NCBI GenBank assembly: GCA_963773585.1
Contig: CAVZBR010000004.1
Location: 931,134 to 995,133 of the forward strand
Origin: an uncultured Gammaproteobacteria bacterium
GTDB lineage: Bacteria; Pseudomonadota; Gammaproteobacteria; JASBUN01
Reading direction: 5' to 3'
DNA: 64,000 nt
Made by a program: the position numbers and the translations under genes. The notes under the pieces were generated by a model. That model saw only the letters and a list, made by a program, of their open reading frames with translations. It had not been told where the DNA came from and did not search any database. The first letter of the stretch is position 1; the number at the start of each line of letters is the position of its first letter. Below are positions 22,745-32,421 of the stretch, one piece after another.

Positions 22745-23553
22745 AAGCATTGTTCGTTGCCTGGCAAGACCCGGAAAGTCGCCGGTGGCTACCAGTCGGG
22801 CGATTGCGGTTCCTGAGCGGCCACTACGAGTTTCGGTATACGCATGGTGCCGTCAATGCGCAGTCCACAGGGAATTTTCGGCCGTTTGGCCGAATGACGG
22901 ATCTTAGCGGAGTGTACACCTCCGACAAATTGTTTCCGCTTTTCAGCAATCGGGTACTTCCGAAGTCAAGACCCGAATACCGCAAGTATCTCGGTTGGCT
23001 GGGGCTCACCGAGTCTGACCACATGGACTTGGAAGTCTTAGCGCGTAGTGGCGGACAACGTGCAACCGACTCGCTTGAGCTCTTTCCTATGCCTGAGCCA
23101 GACGAGGTAGGGAACTTCTCAACATACTTCTTTAGTCGTGGCATTCGGCACCTCTCACAGGAGAGCGTGGGACGTGTAAGCGAGTTGAAGCCTGGGGATA
23201 GGCTTTTTCTTATGCGCGATATCCAAAATACGCATGATGAGAAGGCGCTGTTAATGCGAACCGACGACCCGGTGTCGCTCGTCGGTTACTGTCCAAGGTA
23301 CTTCGCCGGGGAGTTTTGCCGACTGATTGATGAGTTCGGAGCGGCACGAGTTCGTCTCACGGTCGATCAAGTCAATGCCGATGCACCAAGCCAACTGCGG
23401 CTCCTTTGTAGGCTGCAGGCGCCGTGGCCAAGCGAATTTGATCCATTTGCGGGAGGGCGATTTCGAACCGATTCGAGCAGAACACGCGCGATCAAGATCG
23501 TGATGCCGCTTCGCTCGGTTAACAATCAAAAAACCGGGGTCGGAACACAATAA
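22741..23553 (+). CDS. Hypothetical protein (270 aa), start overlaps the HipA-like stop by ATGA; C-terminus replaced by a MITE insertion
   Basis: Start and stop overlap as 'CCATGAAAG'. The last 7 codons (KTGVGTQ*) are encoded by the MITE terminal repeat AAAACCGGGGTCGGAACACAATAA. Confidence 0.5.
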   Translation: MKALFVAWQDPESRRWLPVGRLRFLSGHYEFRYTHGAVNAQSTGNFRPFGRMTDLSGVYTSDKLFPLFSNRVLPKSRPEYRKYLGWLGLTESDHMDLEVLARSGGQRATDSLELFPMPEPDEVGNFSTYFFSRGIRHLSQESVGRVSELKPGDRLFLMRDIQNTHDEKALLMRTDDPVSLVGYCPRYFAGEFCRLIDEFGAARVRLTVDQVNADAPSQLRLLCRLQAPWPSEFDPFAGGRFRTDSSRTRAIKIVMPLRSVNNQKTGVGTQ

Positions 23554-23649
23554 AAGCTAATATACGAGACTAAAGCTTCGTTTGTATTTGAAAGCGCACA
23601 TGATTGATCTCACGCCTACCTGTATTAGCAAAAACTGTGTTCCGACCCC
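23536..23649. mobile_element. MITE / REPIN-like element, copy A (114 bp; TIR GGGGTCGGAACACA...TGTGTTCCGACCCC)
   Basis: Perfect 14-bp terminal inverted repeats. The internal sequence ...AACGCTAATATACGAG... is shared with copies B and C and resembles REP2 (GGGGTCAGATCCCAATTTTCGCTAATAT). Confidence 0.8.
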
Positions 23650-23699
23650 AATTTTGAATTGTTGCGACCCCAATTGTTGATCAGCCGAAGCAGCTATAC

Positions 23700-24085
23700 G
23701 TGAACAAAAAGGTGACGGATTTATTTTAGCGCCGGAGAAAAGCGGGACGGAGGGATTAAAGTTTGTGGAGCTCACGTGTGCTTCGTGAAACGCGGGGCAG
23801 CTCATTCCCGTTCCCTTCTAGTCAGACCGTGATGTTTTAATAAATGAATATAGCGTGAAGAAAAGGTGACCGTGAAGAAAAGGTGACAGATTTATTTTTA
23901 TCCGCGCGTCTCGTACGGATCGGCTTCCGAAAATAAATCCGTCCCGTTTTTCCCTGAAATTGTATTTGGGACTTTGTTGATCGCTGCCATGCGGAAAAAG
24001 AAAAAGTGACGGATTTATTTTTGCTTAGTGATTGCCAGATAACTGCTATGTCCGAAAGTAAATCCGTCCCGTCTTTTGGCGCATT
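23700..24085. repeat. Cluster of AT-rich palindromic mini-elements (AAAAGGTGAC[A/G]GATTTATTTTT ... AAAATAAATCCGTCCCG)
   Basis: At least three ~75-bp units with the inverted repeat GACGGATTTATTTT/AAAATAAATCCGTC. The 'GGGACGGAGGGATTAAA' motif recurs at 25760, 27365, 33995 and, inverted, at 31735. Confidence 0.7.
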
Positions 24086-24146
24086 TTGCTAAAACACATG
24101 TCTTCTTTTATTTATCGATACGAAAAGTTTTCACACTTTCAACACA

Positions 24147-24852
24147 GTGGTAACGAATCAGTCGCTGCGGTTTGTACAGCCATTTGTCCATCCGTTACCG
24201 TGGGATGATAGCAGAGAAGGCCCACTTTATTGTATGGCGTGTGTTGAAAACGGTGCACGTGCAATCGAAGCAGCGATCGACTGTCATCTACCATTTGCGC
24301 GTGGCATGGAAAGTCTTTTGATCATATCTATCCGGGAGTTTTCAACAATGTGGTATGCGCAATGTTGGACTCGCGACGGTGCGAATCAAAAGGTTGTGGG
24401 CTGATAAAGACGTGAGATTGGCAGTGAAGCGAGAATATGTGGAATTGCTTTCCAAGGTGCAAGCACACGATGTTGTATACGTAAAAGATTTGGATCTTAA
24501 GCGCGAACTTGAAAGGACTTTTTACGAAACGGTTAACGGAACAGTTGGGTGTCGATATGAGGCACTGTTACTTATAAAGCACGAGCAATATGCGTATGAG
24601 GAAGAAGTGCGGCTGCTAACATTTTTGCCGGATAACAAGGGATCTTCTACAGATGACGGATTAAGAAAATTTGGAGTGCACGCGCTGCGTAGAGCTCTTA
24701 TTCCGAGGGCTGCAGATGTATCCTTTGCAGGAATCGGTGGCTTCATTGATTCGGTGTCTCTAAATCCAAACGCAAGCGCTGAGCTGGAAGCAAGTTTGAT
24801 TAAGTTTTGCGAAGAACATCAACTTAAGTATTCGGGGCGAGCAATGTGCTGA
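24147..24852 (+). pseudogene. DUF2971-like hypothetical gene with a probable +1 frameshift near 24357 (low-GC foreign DNA)
   Basis: Two ORFs in frames 0 and +1. Joined, they read '...EFSTMWYAQ|NVGLATVRIKRLW...', resembling the DUF2971 'sMWxxYA...GvcI.F' core. Local GC is much lower than the surrounding genome. Confidence 0.4.
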
Positions 24853-24976
24853 AAGTCGGCGAATGAAAGCGTAAAAGGGGACGCGTAAATAATCGGTAAA
24901 TAATCGGGGACAGACTGAGGCGCCCCTGATTTCACGGACACCCAGATAAGGGGATAATGCCCCTAGGAGGTGTCCG

Positions 24977-25205
24977 ATGCAAAAGCGGCAGACATTCACC
25001 AGGGAGTTCAAGCTCGAAGCGGTGCGCCTGCTGGAGCGAGGCGACCGACCCGCAGCAGAGCTTGCGCGCGAGCTGGGGATCAAGCGCAACCAGCTGTACA
25101 AATGGCAGGAACAGCTGTCAGCGAAAGGCGAGGGGCATTCCGGGTCAAGGTCGTCGGGTTCAGGATCAGGACGCAGAGATTGCCCGCCTGAAGCGCGCGA
25201 ACAAT
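24977..25205 (+). pseudogene. IS3-family transposase OrfA fragment (HTH part), frameshifted and truncated by a REP1 insertion
   Basis: 'MQKRQTFTREFKLEAVRLLERGDRPAAELARELGIKRNQLYKWQEQL' is a typical IS3 OrfA N-terminus. The 'DAEIARLKRAN' leucine-zipper segment is in another frame and ends inside AATCGGGGACAGACCACGG. Confidence 0.7.
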
Positions 25206-25525
25206 CGGGGACAGACCACGGTTTTAAACCGTCTGACCTTTCCCCAGTCTTAGTACCACGCGCTGGATGAGATTCTGTTCACTTGGCGCGTAATCGGGGA
25301 CAGACTACGTTTTCGCGGCATCCGACGATGTCGGGAATCGCGAGGCGGGAAGAACAATCGGGGACAGACCACGGTTTAGGGCGGTAATCGGGGACAGAGC
25401 ACGGTTTTGAGGCCTCCGACTCGCTGGATGGGCGCGTAATCGGGGACAGACTACGTTTTCGCGGCATCCGACGATGTCGGGAATCGCGAGGCGGGCGGAA
25501 CAATCGTGGTCTGTCCCCGTTTCGC
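25195..25525. repeat. Cluster of REP1 copies (AATCGGGGACAGACCACGGTTTT and variants), including a ~147-bp tandem duplication
   Basis: At least six REP1 copies at ~25197, 25290, 25355, 25383, 25437 and 25500, the last one inverted. The 68-bp block 'GCGCGTAATCGGGGACAGACTACGTTTTCGCGGCATCCGACGATGTCGGGAATCGCGAGGCGGG' occurs twice. Confidence 0.8.
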
Positions 25526-25865
25526 GCCCGTTTCGCGCTCCCCCGTTTCGCGCTTCCTGTTTCTCGGGTTTCCTTGGGCGATCACAGCACCAATTTTCAT
25601 GCTGATGTTGGCGATCATGCTACGGAGAAGGCGGGATGCGAACACAATGGCGGTCTAGCAACCGGTGAACAATCGGGGACAGACCACGGTTTTAAATCGT
25701 TCGCTTATGGAAACGGCGCAGACCCCAGTTTTCTACCGCCGCATGCATCAATTGGAAGATTAAAGGGGACGGAGGGATTAAATTTTGAAGGACAATAGGG
25801 ACAGACTGAGCTAACCCGCATTCTTCGGACACGTTAATTTAGCATCATGCCAAAGCTCGAAAATC

Positions 25866-25978
25866 GGGGTCGGAACACAATTAACGCTAATATACGCGAC
25901 CGAAGCTTCACGTGTTATTGCAAACGCACATGACTGATCCCATTTCCACCTGTATTAGCAAAAACTGTGTTCCGACCC
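25866..25978. mobile_element. MITE / REPIN-like element, copy B (113 bp)
   Basis: Same TIRs and internal sequence as copy A. Its right flank, 'CTATTTGTTCTGTTCTCATGCCTTGACTCGAGTGATCCGCGA', is duplicated after copy C. Confidence 0.8.
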
Positions 25979-26376
25979 TATTTGTTCTGTTCTCATGCCT
26001 TGACTCGAGTGATCCGCGATACAAAGCGGCTGACCTCTAAGAACGAAAAACCGGGCCAGAGACGGTCTTTCGTTAATATCAGAACCAAGACTCGTCCGAC
26101 CCGGTTATGCGTTGAACACCCTCGAATCAGCACTCGAAAATAAATCCGTCCGGTTTTCCCGTCCCCTTCCTTTGTCACTGGCCCCTTTCCTCGACTTGTG
26201 TCCCTTGCTCCGGGCTCTGATTCCTCGATTCCTATTGCGTCGGAATCTTTTACACATCAAGCAGTGTAAGCAGTAATTAAAAGCACAACGCATTGGTAAA
26301 TAGCCAACTTTTTTTATGGCACAATTTTTGATAGGAAATTGATGCCAGACACCAGAACTACTAAAGGGGCTTCCTT

Positions 26377-27057
26377 ATGAAAAAAAATGTTCGCTTTACA
26401 GTTGCATGCGCTGTGCTTGCCTTTTCGGCGGCGCTGTCGGACCAGGCGTCCGCCAATCTAATTGTGAATGGTGATTTCGAGTCCGGAAACACAGGGTTCA
26501 CATCCGACTACGCTTATTCAGCGGGAAATATTGTTGCCGCCGGGGTGTACGATATCGTTAGCGATCCGAGTTCCGTTCATGGCGCCGCGACAAGTTATGG
26601 CGACCATACCTCGGGCAGCGGCCTGATGATGGCCGTGAATGGCTCTACCACTGCGGGCGACATTACCTGGAGCCAGACCGTTTCTGTGTTGCCCGGCGCG
26701 ACTTATGATTTCGCGACCTATATTTCGTCTTGGACATCCGGCTCCCCGGCCGCCCTCATTTTTGCCATTAACGGCACTACGATCGGTGCTTTGGGTGCCC
26801 CCAGCACCACGGGTGTTTGGGATCTAGAATTCGCAACATGGCTTTCCGATACCACCAGCGCCACGATTTCTATCCGCAACGCCAACACGGCATTTGGCGG
26901 CAACGACTTCGCGTTAGACGACATCTATTTTGGCAACCCCATTTTCTCGGACCCCGACGGCGGCTCGACGTCCGTTCCCGAGCCGGCAGTCCTCGGCCTG
27001 GTTGCTCTCGGTCTGGTCGCAGCGGCGGTTGCCGGCCGCCGTCGCAAGACCGCCTGA
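26377..27057 (+). CDS. PEP-CTERM sorting-domain protein (putative exosortase substrate)
   Basis: Signal peptide 'MKKNVRFTVACAVLAFSAALS'. C-terminal 'VPEPAVLGLVALGLVAAAVAGRRRKTA' is the PEP motif followed by a TM helix and a basic tail. Confidence 0.8.
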   Translation: MKKNVRFTVACAVLAFSAALSDQASANLIVNGDFESGNTGFTSDYAYSAGNIVAAGVYDIVSDPSSVHGAATSYGDHTSGSGLMMAVNGSTTAGDITWSQTVSVLPGATYDFATYISSWTSGSPAALIFAINGTTIGALGAPSTTGVWDLEFATWLSDTTSATISIRNANTAFGGNDFALDDIYFGNPIFSDPDGGSTSVPEPAVLGLVALGLVAAAVAGRRRKTA

Positions 27058-27167
27058 GTCAGTTGAGACTCGACTGAAAGGTTTCTTGTGGATCAAGTTA
27101 TGGCGCGGTAATGGAACACGCGAATTCAAGCGCGGCGACCTCGGTATTTAAACAATCGGAGTCGGAA

Positions 27168-27262
27168 CACAATTAACGCTAATATACGAGACCGAAGCTT
27201 CACGTGTTATTGCAAACGCACATGACTGATCCCATTTCCACCTGTATTAGCAAAAACTGTGT
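27168..27262. mobile_element. MITE / REPIN-like element, copy C (right TIR truncated), part of a segmental duplication of 25866-26035
   Basis: The internal sequence is identical to copy B. The right end reads ...AAACTGTGT|CCCTATTTG and lacks TCCGACC. Confidence 0.7.
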
Positions 27263-27411
27263 CCCTATTTGTTCTGTTCTCATGCCTTGACTCGAGTGAT
27301 CCGCGACGCGTAATAATCGGGGACAGACCACGTTTTCTGAACTCGAAATACGAAATACGAAATAAAAGGGGACGGAGGGATTAAATTCTGTGCAGCCCCC
27401 GATCGAAAACC

Positions 27412-27434
27412 GGGTCGGAACACAATAGAACGGT
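27412..27434. repeat. Solo MITE terminal repeat (CGGGTCGGAACACAATAG)
   Basis: Matches the MITE left end only. Confidence 0.5.
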
Positions 27435-27500
27435 CGAGGATAGACTGCGGCTTTTCGAACAGCGAACATTTTGCATCTTCTTCCTGATTAGAGCTGTCAC

Positions 27501-27887
27501 GTGCGCGTCAAAGGTAGGATCACGTCTTGGAATGACGAAAAGGGCTATGGCTTCATTACCCCGGCCGTGGGGCGCGAGCGCGTATTCGTTCACATCAGCG
27601 CGTTCGGCAATCGCGGGCGGCGCGCCGAAGTCAACCAGATGGTGACATACGCTTTGTCCAAGGATGACCAGGGGCGAGCCTGCGCGGCCAAGGCCACGCT
27701 GGCCGGTGACCGCCTTGATGCGGCACGCAAGCCAACGAGCGGGTGGTGGGCGACACCGGGTGCCGGTATTTTTCTTGTGATAGTCGCGGGATTGGCGGCG
27801 TCCGGCACCGTCCCGTTATTCGTGTTCGTACTTTATGTCAACGGCAACCGAAAACTGATCCACTTGAGTAGTGATTCTGCAAAGTAA
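27501..27887 (+). CDS. Cold-shock-domain/DUF1294-type protein, C-terminally truncated paralog of 35235-35843
   Basis: 'MRVKGRITSWNDEKGYGFITPAVGRERVFVHISAF' is ~80% identical to the 35235 gene over the CSD, and its upstream leader is similar. It carries only one TM helix versus the full-length paralog, and uses a GTG start. Confidence 0.55.
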   Translation: MRVKGRITSWNDEKGYGFITPAVGRERVFVHISAFGNRGRRAEVNQMVTYALSKDDQGRACAAKATLAGDRLDAARKPTSGWWATPGAGIFLVIVAGLAASGTVPLFVFVLYVNGNRKLIHLSSDSAK

Positions 27888-27902
27888 AATTGACCCACCC
27901 GG

Positions 27903-28386
<484 letters not shown>

Positions 28387-28475
28387 TAGTCGCCTAACAA
28401 CCCCGGTGCGGTAGACGACACCAGGTTATGCTTGGACTTATCCCGCTTTTCGGTAACTAACATGGCTCTGCAGTA

Positions 28476-28985
28476 ATGCAAATTTACATTGTTGGATTGT
28501 TACTATGCATGTTGCTTTTGCTTTTTTATTTCTACCGGAGAAAGGGTCGCGGAGTTGTGAGTTATAAAACAACTTTGGATAGAGTTGGCGAGGTTTACAG
28601 TGATATTTCTGAACAAGCTGTGGAAACATCATTTTCAGTTTTCATCGTTCCACGGCCAAATCAGGATTCAGTTGAGGTGCAATTTTCGATTGAAGACGGT
28701 GCGGCAGGTCTAGATTGGATTCTTGAGTCTGAGGCCAACAAAGCGGAGCGTCGTAACGTTGAACAGTATATTTTGTCCAAAGGGTTTCATTTCCAAGAAA
28801 AGGAAATGAATAATTGGCATTATTTGCGTATTGAGCAAGGCGACATCGTCAAGCTTTGTGTCGGCATCATTAGAGATCTCTACGGCTCAGACGACGTCAT
28901 TCTCAAATATGGTGGCTTCAAAGTTAGGCCACTTTCAAAAATCATCAAAAATTGGATTACGCAATCGGGGTCGGAACACAATTAA
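28476..28985 (+). CDS. Hypothetical membrane-anchored protein in a low-GC island segment
   Basis: An N-terminal TM helix ('IVGLLLCMLLLLFYFY') precedes a soluble domain. GC across 28440-28960 is far below genome average. The 3' end runs into a solo MITE end at 28967. Confidence 0.4.
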   Translation: MQIYIVGLLLCMLLLLFYFYRRKGRGVVSYKTTLDRVGEVYSDISEQAVETSFSVFIVPRPNQDSVEVQFSIEDGAAGLDWILESEANKAERRNVEQYILSKGFHFQEKEMNNWHYLRIEQGDIVKLCVGIIRDLYGSDDVILKYGGFKVRPLSKIIKNWITQSGSEHN

Positions 28986-29049
28986 CGCTGATATAGATAC
29001 AAACGATTCATCAAAAAGGGGCGGTAATAAAAGGGGACGGTTCGCCTCC

Positions 29050-29979
29050 TTATCGAACGGTCACCACAATTTTTCCGACTGTATGACCGTCGGCCAACGC
29101 ATCGTACGCGGCGGCCGCCTGGTCCATGGGAAAAACGCGGTCTATAACCGGTGTGACAATTCCGCTTTCGATCAGGCGGCCGAGTTCCGTTAGCATCGCA
29201 CCGTCCGGCTCCATGAAGAACCACTCGAACCGCACGCCGTACTGCGATGCCAGATTGTCTTCATCCTGGCCTTTGATCGATATCAGCGTCCCGCCTTTTT
29301 TCAAAACCTTGAATGACCGGTTCAGTGTTTCGCCACCAAGCATGTCGAAAACAAGGTCGTAGTCGGAGAGTTCATCTTCGAACGACTGCTTCTTGTAATC
29401 GAGCACCACCTCCGCACCCAGCCGTCTGACCAGTTCGGCGTTGCGTGCGCTGCAGGTGGTCGCGACATGGGCGCCGAAGTGTTTCGCGATCTGAATGGCA
29501 AGGGTACCGACGCCACCCGATCCCGCATGAATCAGAACCTTGTCGCCCTGTTTCAGTTTGCCCCTGCTGAGCAGCGCCTGCCAGGCGGTCAGCCCTGCCA
29601 ACGGAACGGACGCGGCCTCGACATGGCTGATGTTCGACGGTTTTAGCGCCAGTTCGCGTTCTTTCACGCGGGCGAATTCGGCAATCGCGCCGGCATCGTC
29701 CTGGTTGGGGCGCGCGAACACAGCATCGCCGACCTTGAAGGCGGTCACGTCTTTGCCGACCTCGACGACCTCGCCTGAGACGTCGTAGCCCATGACATGG
29801 GGAAACGTCAACGGCATCATGTCCTGCAACGCTCCGGAGCGCAGAATGTTGTCGATGGGATTCACGCTCGCCGCATGCACCGCTACCAGAACGGAATCGT
29901 CCTTCAATGCGGGTTCGTCGACCTCCGTGAGCTCGATAGGCTTGGCATAGTCACTGATTGTCGCGGCCTTCATGGGCAA
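29050..29979 (-). CDS. Zinc-type alcohol dehydrogenase / quinone oxidoreductase (MDR superfamily)
   Basis: 'LIHAGSGGVGTLAIQIAKHFGAHV' Rossmann motif and a GroES-like N-terminal domain, 309 aa. Confidence 0.75.
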   Translation of the reverse strand: MPMKAATISDYAKPIELTEVDEPALKDDSVLVAVHAASVNPIDNILRSGALQDMMPLTFPHVMGYDVSGEVVEVGKDVTAFKVGDAVFARPNQDDAGAIAEFARVKERELALKPSNISHVEAASVPLAGLTAWQALLSRGKLKQGDKVLIHAGSGGVGTLAIQIAKHFGAHVATTCSARNAELVRRLGAEVVLDYKKQSFEDELSDYDLVFDMLGGETLNRSFKVLKKGGTLISIKGQDEDNLASQYGVRFEWFFMEPDGAMLTELGRLIESGIVTPVIDRVFPMDQAAAAYDALADGHTVGKIVVTVR

Positions 29980-30222
29980 GATTCCTAGGGTCAGCGGCCC
30001 CGAGTGGGGCGATGATGCGCTAACGGGCGGATCTACAGGCCCCGTCGCTTTGACGCAGCCTAGCCGCTGTCAGCGACAGGACAACGACATTCGGCGGCAA
30101 ACCTGGAAACCTGGGACACAATTAGCACTAATGCAGCTTTGCCAATTCCCATAACGTTACTGAGCCAGTGGAAAACAATTAAAGGGGGTCAGTTTGAGCT
30201 AACCCTCTTTGGTATATCGAGC

Positions 30223-30516
30223 TCAAGTCAGTCCGTTCGGATACGGTAGCTCATCCCGCCGATTAGCCGTGGTGGGGCTTAGCGCTATTCTCGGCGGTTC
30301 GTGCCTATAGGCGTACAGCCGCTCGTGAATGTCGGAATCTTTAACACTCCAAAATACGCGATTTCGCCGCGGCTCCTTAACCACATGAATACGGAGAGTA
30401 TTGTTATTCTGGCATGCTGCTTGCTTAACCCAGGTTAAGGAAGGGTCATCGCGGAACGCGAGCGGCGGACTGAGCTTCTTGTCCGACTGGCTGGTTCCTG
30501 ATTCGTGGCTCCACAA
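30223..30516 (-). CDS. Hypothetical small ORF in a low-GC segment; possibly non-coding
   Basis: ORF from the six-frame track only, with no recognisable motifs. It overlaps the likely promoter region of the PEP-CTERM gene. Confidence 0.15.
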   Translation of the reverse strand: MWSHESGTSQSDKKLSPPLAFRDDPSLTWVKQAACQNNNTLRIHVVKEPRRNRVFWSVKDSDIHERLYAYRHEPPRIALSPTTANRRDELPYPNGLT

Positions 30517-30537
30517 TTGTCTCGAGGAGTAATAACA

Positions 30538-31509
30538 ATGAGTTCCGTACGATCTCTATCACAAGTACTCGCCCTGGGTTCGCTCATGACCCTCGGGTCT
30601 TCTGCGTTCGCTGTTCCCTTTGTGCTGACCAACGGTCCGGGCGACGGGACCGTGTCCGTCGGCGTGGATGGTTACGGCGCATTCGGATCCTCCGTCGGAT
30701 CGGACGCTACTGATGCTATTTATGATCCCGTGGGTGCAATCACTTCTGCCGGGACTTCCTATGAATCAGGGGTTGCATTCGGCACGGGCGGCTCGCGTAC
30801 GTTCCTTACTTCCGGAGATATCGGAGGAAGCGGGTCGCTTTCAAACCCGTCCATCACCGGGAATTCAACGTTAGCCAACAGTACATTCAGCTACAGTGGC
30901 TTGGATTTCTCACTGTCCCAGTCGCTGGTCACGCTCACGACCGGATCGCGCCTGGATCAGGTGTATACGATCACCAATCCTGGGTCCAGCGCGATCAGCT
31001 TCGAAATGGTGCGTTACTTGGATGGCGACCTGTACTTCGACGGTTCACTCATTGATGGCGGCGGCAGGTTGTTTGTGGGGCCGACAGAGGTTCTGTTTGA
31101 AACTGACAGTGCAACTGGAGCGAGCACTTCCACCACGTTTGTCGGGATCACCGGCGAAGGAGGGGTCATTCCCGCGACAGGCCGTTACGAGATCGACGGC
31201 TATCCCGGGCTGCGTGGACGGATCATCAGCGGCACTGCGCTGGACGATACAATTACCGGGGACGGTGTGGACGCTGACCAATTCGTCGATGCGGGTGCGG
31301 GCTACGACGTGACGCTCGCCCTGCGCAATATATTCTCCCTCGGCGCGGGACAGACGACCACCTACATGACTAGCACCATTTTCGGCAGCGGGACGCCCCA
31401 ATCCGGTGGAGACGGTGGTTCCACGGTGCCGGAACCGTCTGTGCTTACGCTTCTCGGCGCCGGAATCCTGGGCCTGGCCTTTGCGCGCAAACGCAAGGTC
31501 AATAAATAG
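30538..31509 (+). CDS. PEP-CTERM sorting-domain protein
   Basis: Signal peptide 'MSSVRSLSQVLALGSLMTLGSSAFA'. C-terminal 'VPEPSVLTLLGAGILGLAFARKRKVNK'. RBS GAGGAG upstream. Confidence 0.8.
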   Translation: MSSVRSLSQVLALGSLMTLGSSAFAVPFVLTNGPGDGTVSVGVDGYGAFGSSVGSDATDAIYDPVGAITSAGTSYESGVAFGTGGSRTFLTSGDIGGSGSLSNPSITGNSTLANSTFSYSGLDFSLSQSLVTLTTGSRLDQVYTITNPGSSAISFEMVRYLDGDLYFDGSLIDGGGRLFVGPTEVLFETDSATGASTSTTFVGITGEGGVIPATGRYEIDGYPGLRGRIISGTALDDTITGDGVDADQFVDAGAGYDVTLALRNIFSLGAGQTTTYMTSTIFGSGTPQSGGDGGSTVPEPSVLTLLGAGILGLAFARKRKVNK

Positions 31510-31731
31510 GACGGAACATTCACTGCCTCATGAAACCCAGGCCCCGCCACGCGCGGGGTCTTTTCTTCCCAGGCCTGCGGCAATAATCGGGGACAGACCA
31601 CGGTTTTAAGCCACCTGGCAGGATAGCCGGGGAACAATCGGGGGAAGCCCAGACCACCGAAGATACGGCATCAAGCTCGGGCAGATGAAGCGCGGCCGCC
31701 CGCATGCGAAACCGGGTGAACTGGCGAAATT

Positions 31732-32172
31732 TTAATCCCTCCGTCGCCGGTCGGTGCTCCAGGTGATTGGCGGCAGCGCGCTGCCGGCACCACAATACGG
31801 ATTCCGACCGCACTCGTACTCCGCGGCAGCGGCGCTGAGTGCGGCGAAGTTCGGGCAGAACGCGAATGCCGTCGCGTCGCAGCGGCTCGCCAACAGGCGA
31901 GCGCAGTGTGCGGCGTCAGCGCAGGTGGCGCAGGCTTGGGACCGCTCGTGCAACTCCGCTGCCGGCGTGCGGCGTAAGTAGTGGCGCGGGTCGCCGCCCA
32001 GGCGGTCCAGCACGGCACTCATGGGCAGGTGGCCGAGTCGCTTGCGCAGTTCGCGGCGCGGACTCAGGCTGTGGATCACGCGAATAGCGACGTCCCAGAG
32101 GAAAATCGCTGTGAGGACTGCCGCACAGAAGGTGAACGCGGCGATGACGGTGGTGTTGAATGCGGTGTCCAT
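31732..32172 (-). CDS. Hypothetical Cys-rich small protein
   Basis: 'MDTAFNTTVIAAFTFCAAVLTAIFLW...' is one TM helix followed by a Cys-rich C-terminal region ('CATCADAAHCARLL...FCPN...YECGRNPYCG'). The ORF-track N-terminal extension is rejected because it contains a REP1. Confidence 0.35.
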   Translation of the reverse strand: MDTAFNTTVIAAFTFCAAVLTAIFLWDVAIRVIHSLSPRRELRKRLGHLPMSAVLDRLGGDPRHYLRRTPAAELHERSQACATCADAAHCARLLASRCDATAFAFCPNFAALSAAAAEYECGRNPYCGAGSALPPITWSTDRRRRD

Positions 32173-32421
32173 GTCGGCCTCGGGGTCGAAGAAATTGGAT
32201 GTGCTCAGTGTGCACCGGCCCGCCGAATGCGCCTTGACATGCGTCAAGGCCGAAGCGGGTCGGCCTCGGCGCTGCGGCCACATTGAGGACGTTGCGCGGA
32301 ACAATCGGGGACAGACCACGGTTTTACTTTTTTGTTTGTCCCAAACCTCTCCACGTCCTCCGCTAGCCCGCGTTCGACCACGCCTTGACAATGGTAACGT
32401 ATAGGTTACCATCGATCGGGT

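Noticed and set aside
23251-23550. ORFs beginning 'MCSDPGFL' (23251-23550 minus, 27903-28346 minus N-terminus)
   Set aside because: The first eight codons are the reverse complement of the MITE terminal repeat CAGAAAACCCGGGTCGGAACACAT. These are read-through artefacts, not real N-termini.
25195-25525. Possible CRISPR-like array of 'AATCGGGGACAGACCACGGTTTT'
   Set aside because: Spacing is irregular (28-93 bp) and orientation is mixed. The same motif is scattered singly over 15 kb and flanks a RAYT gene, so it behaves as a REP family and not as a CRISPR repeat.
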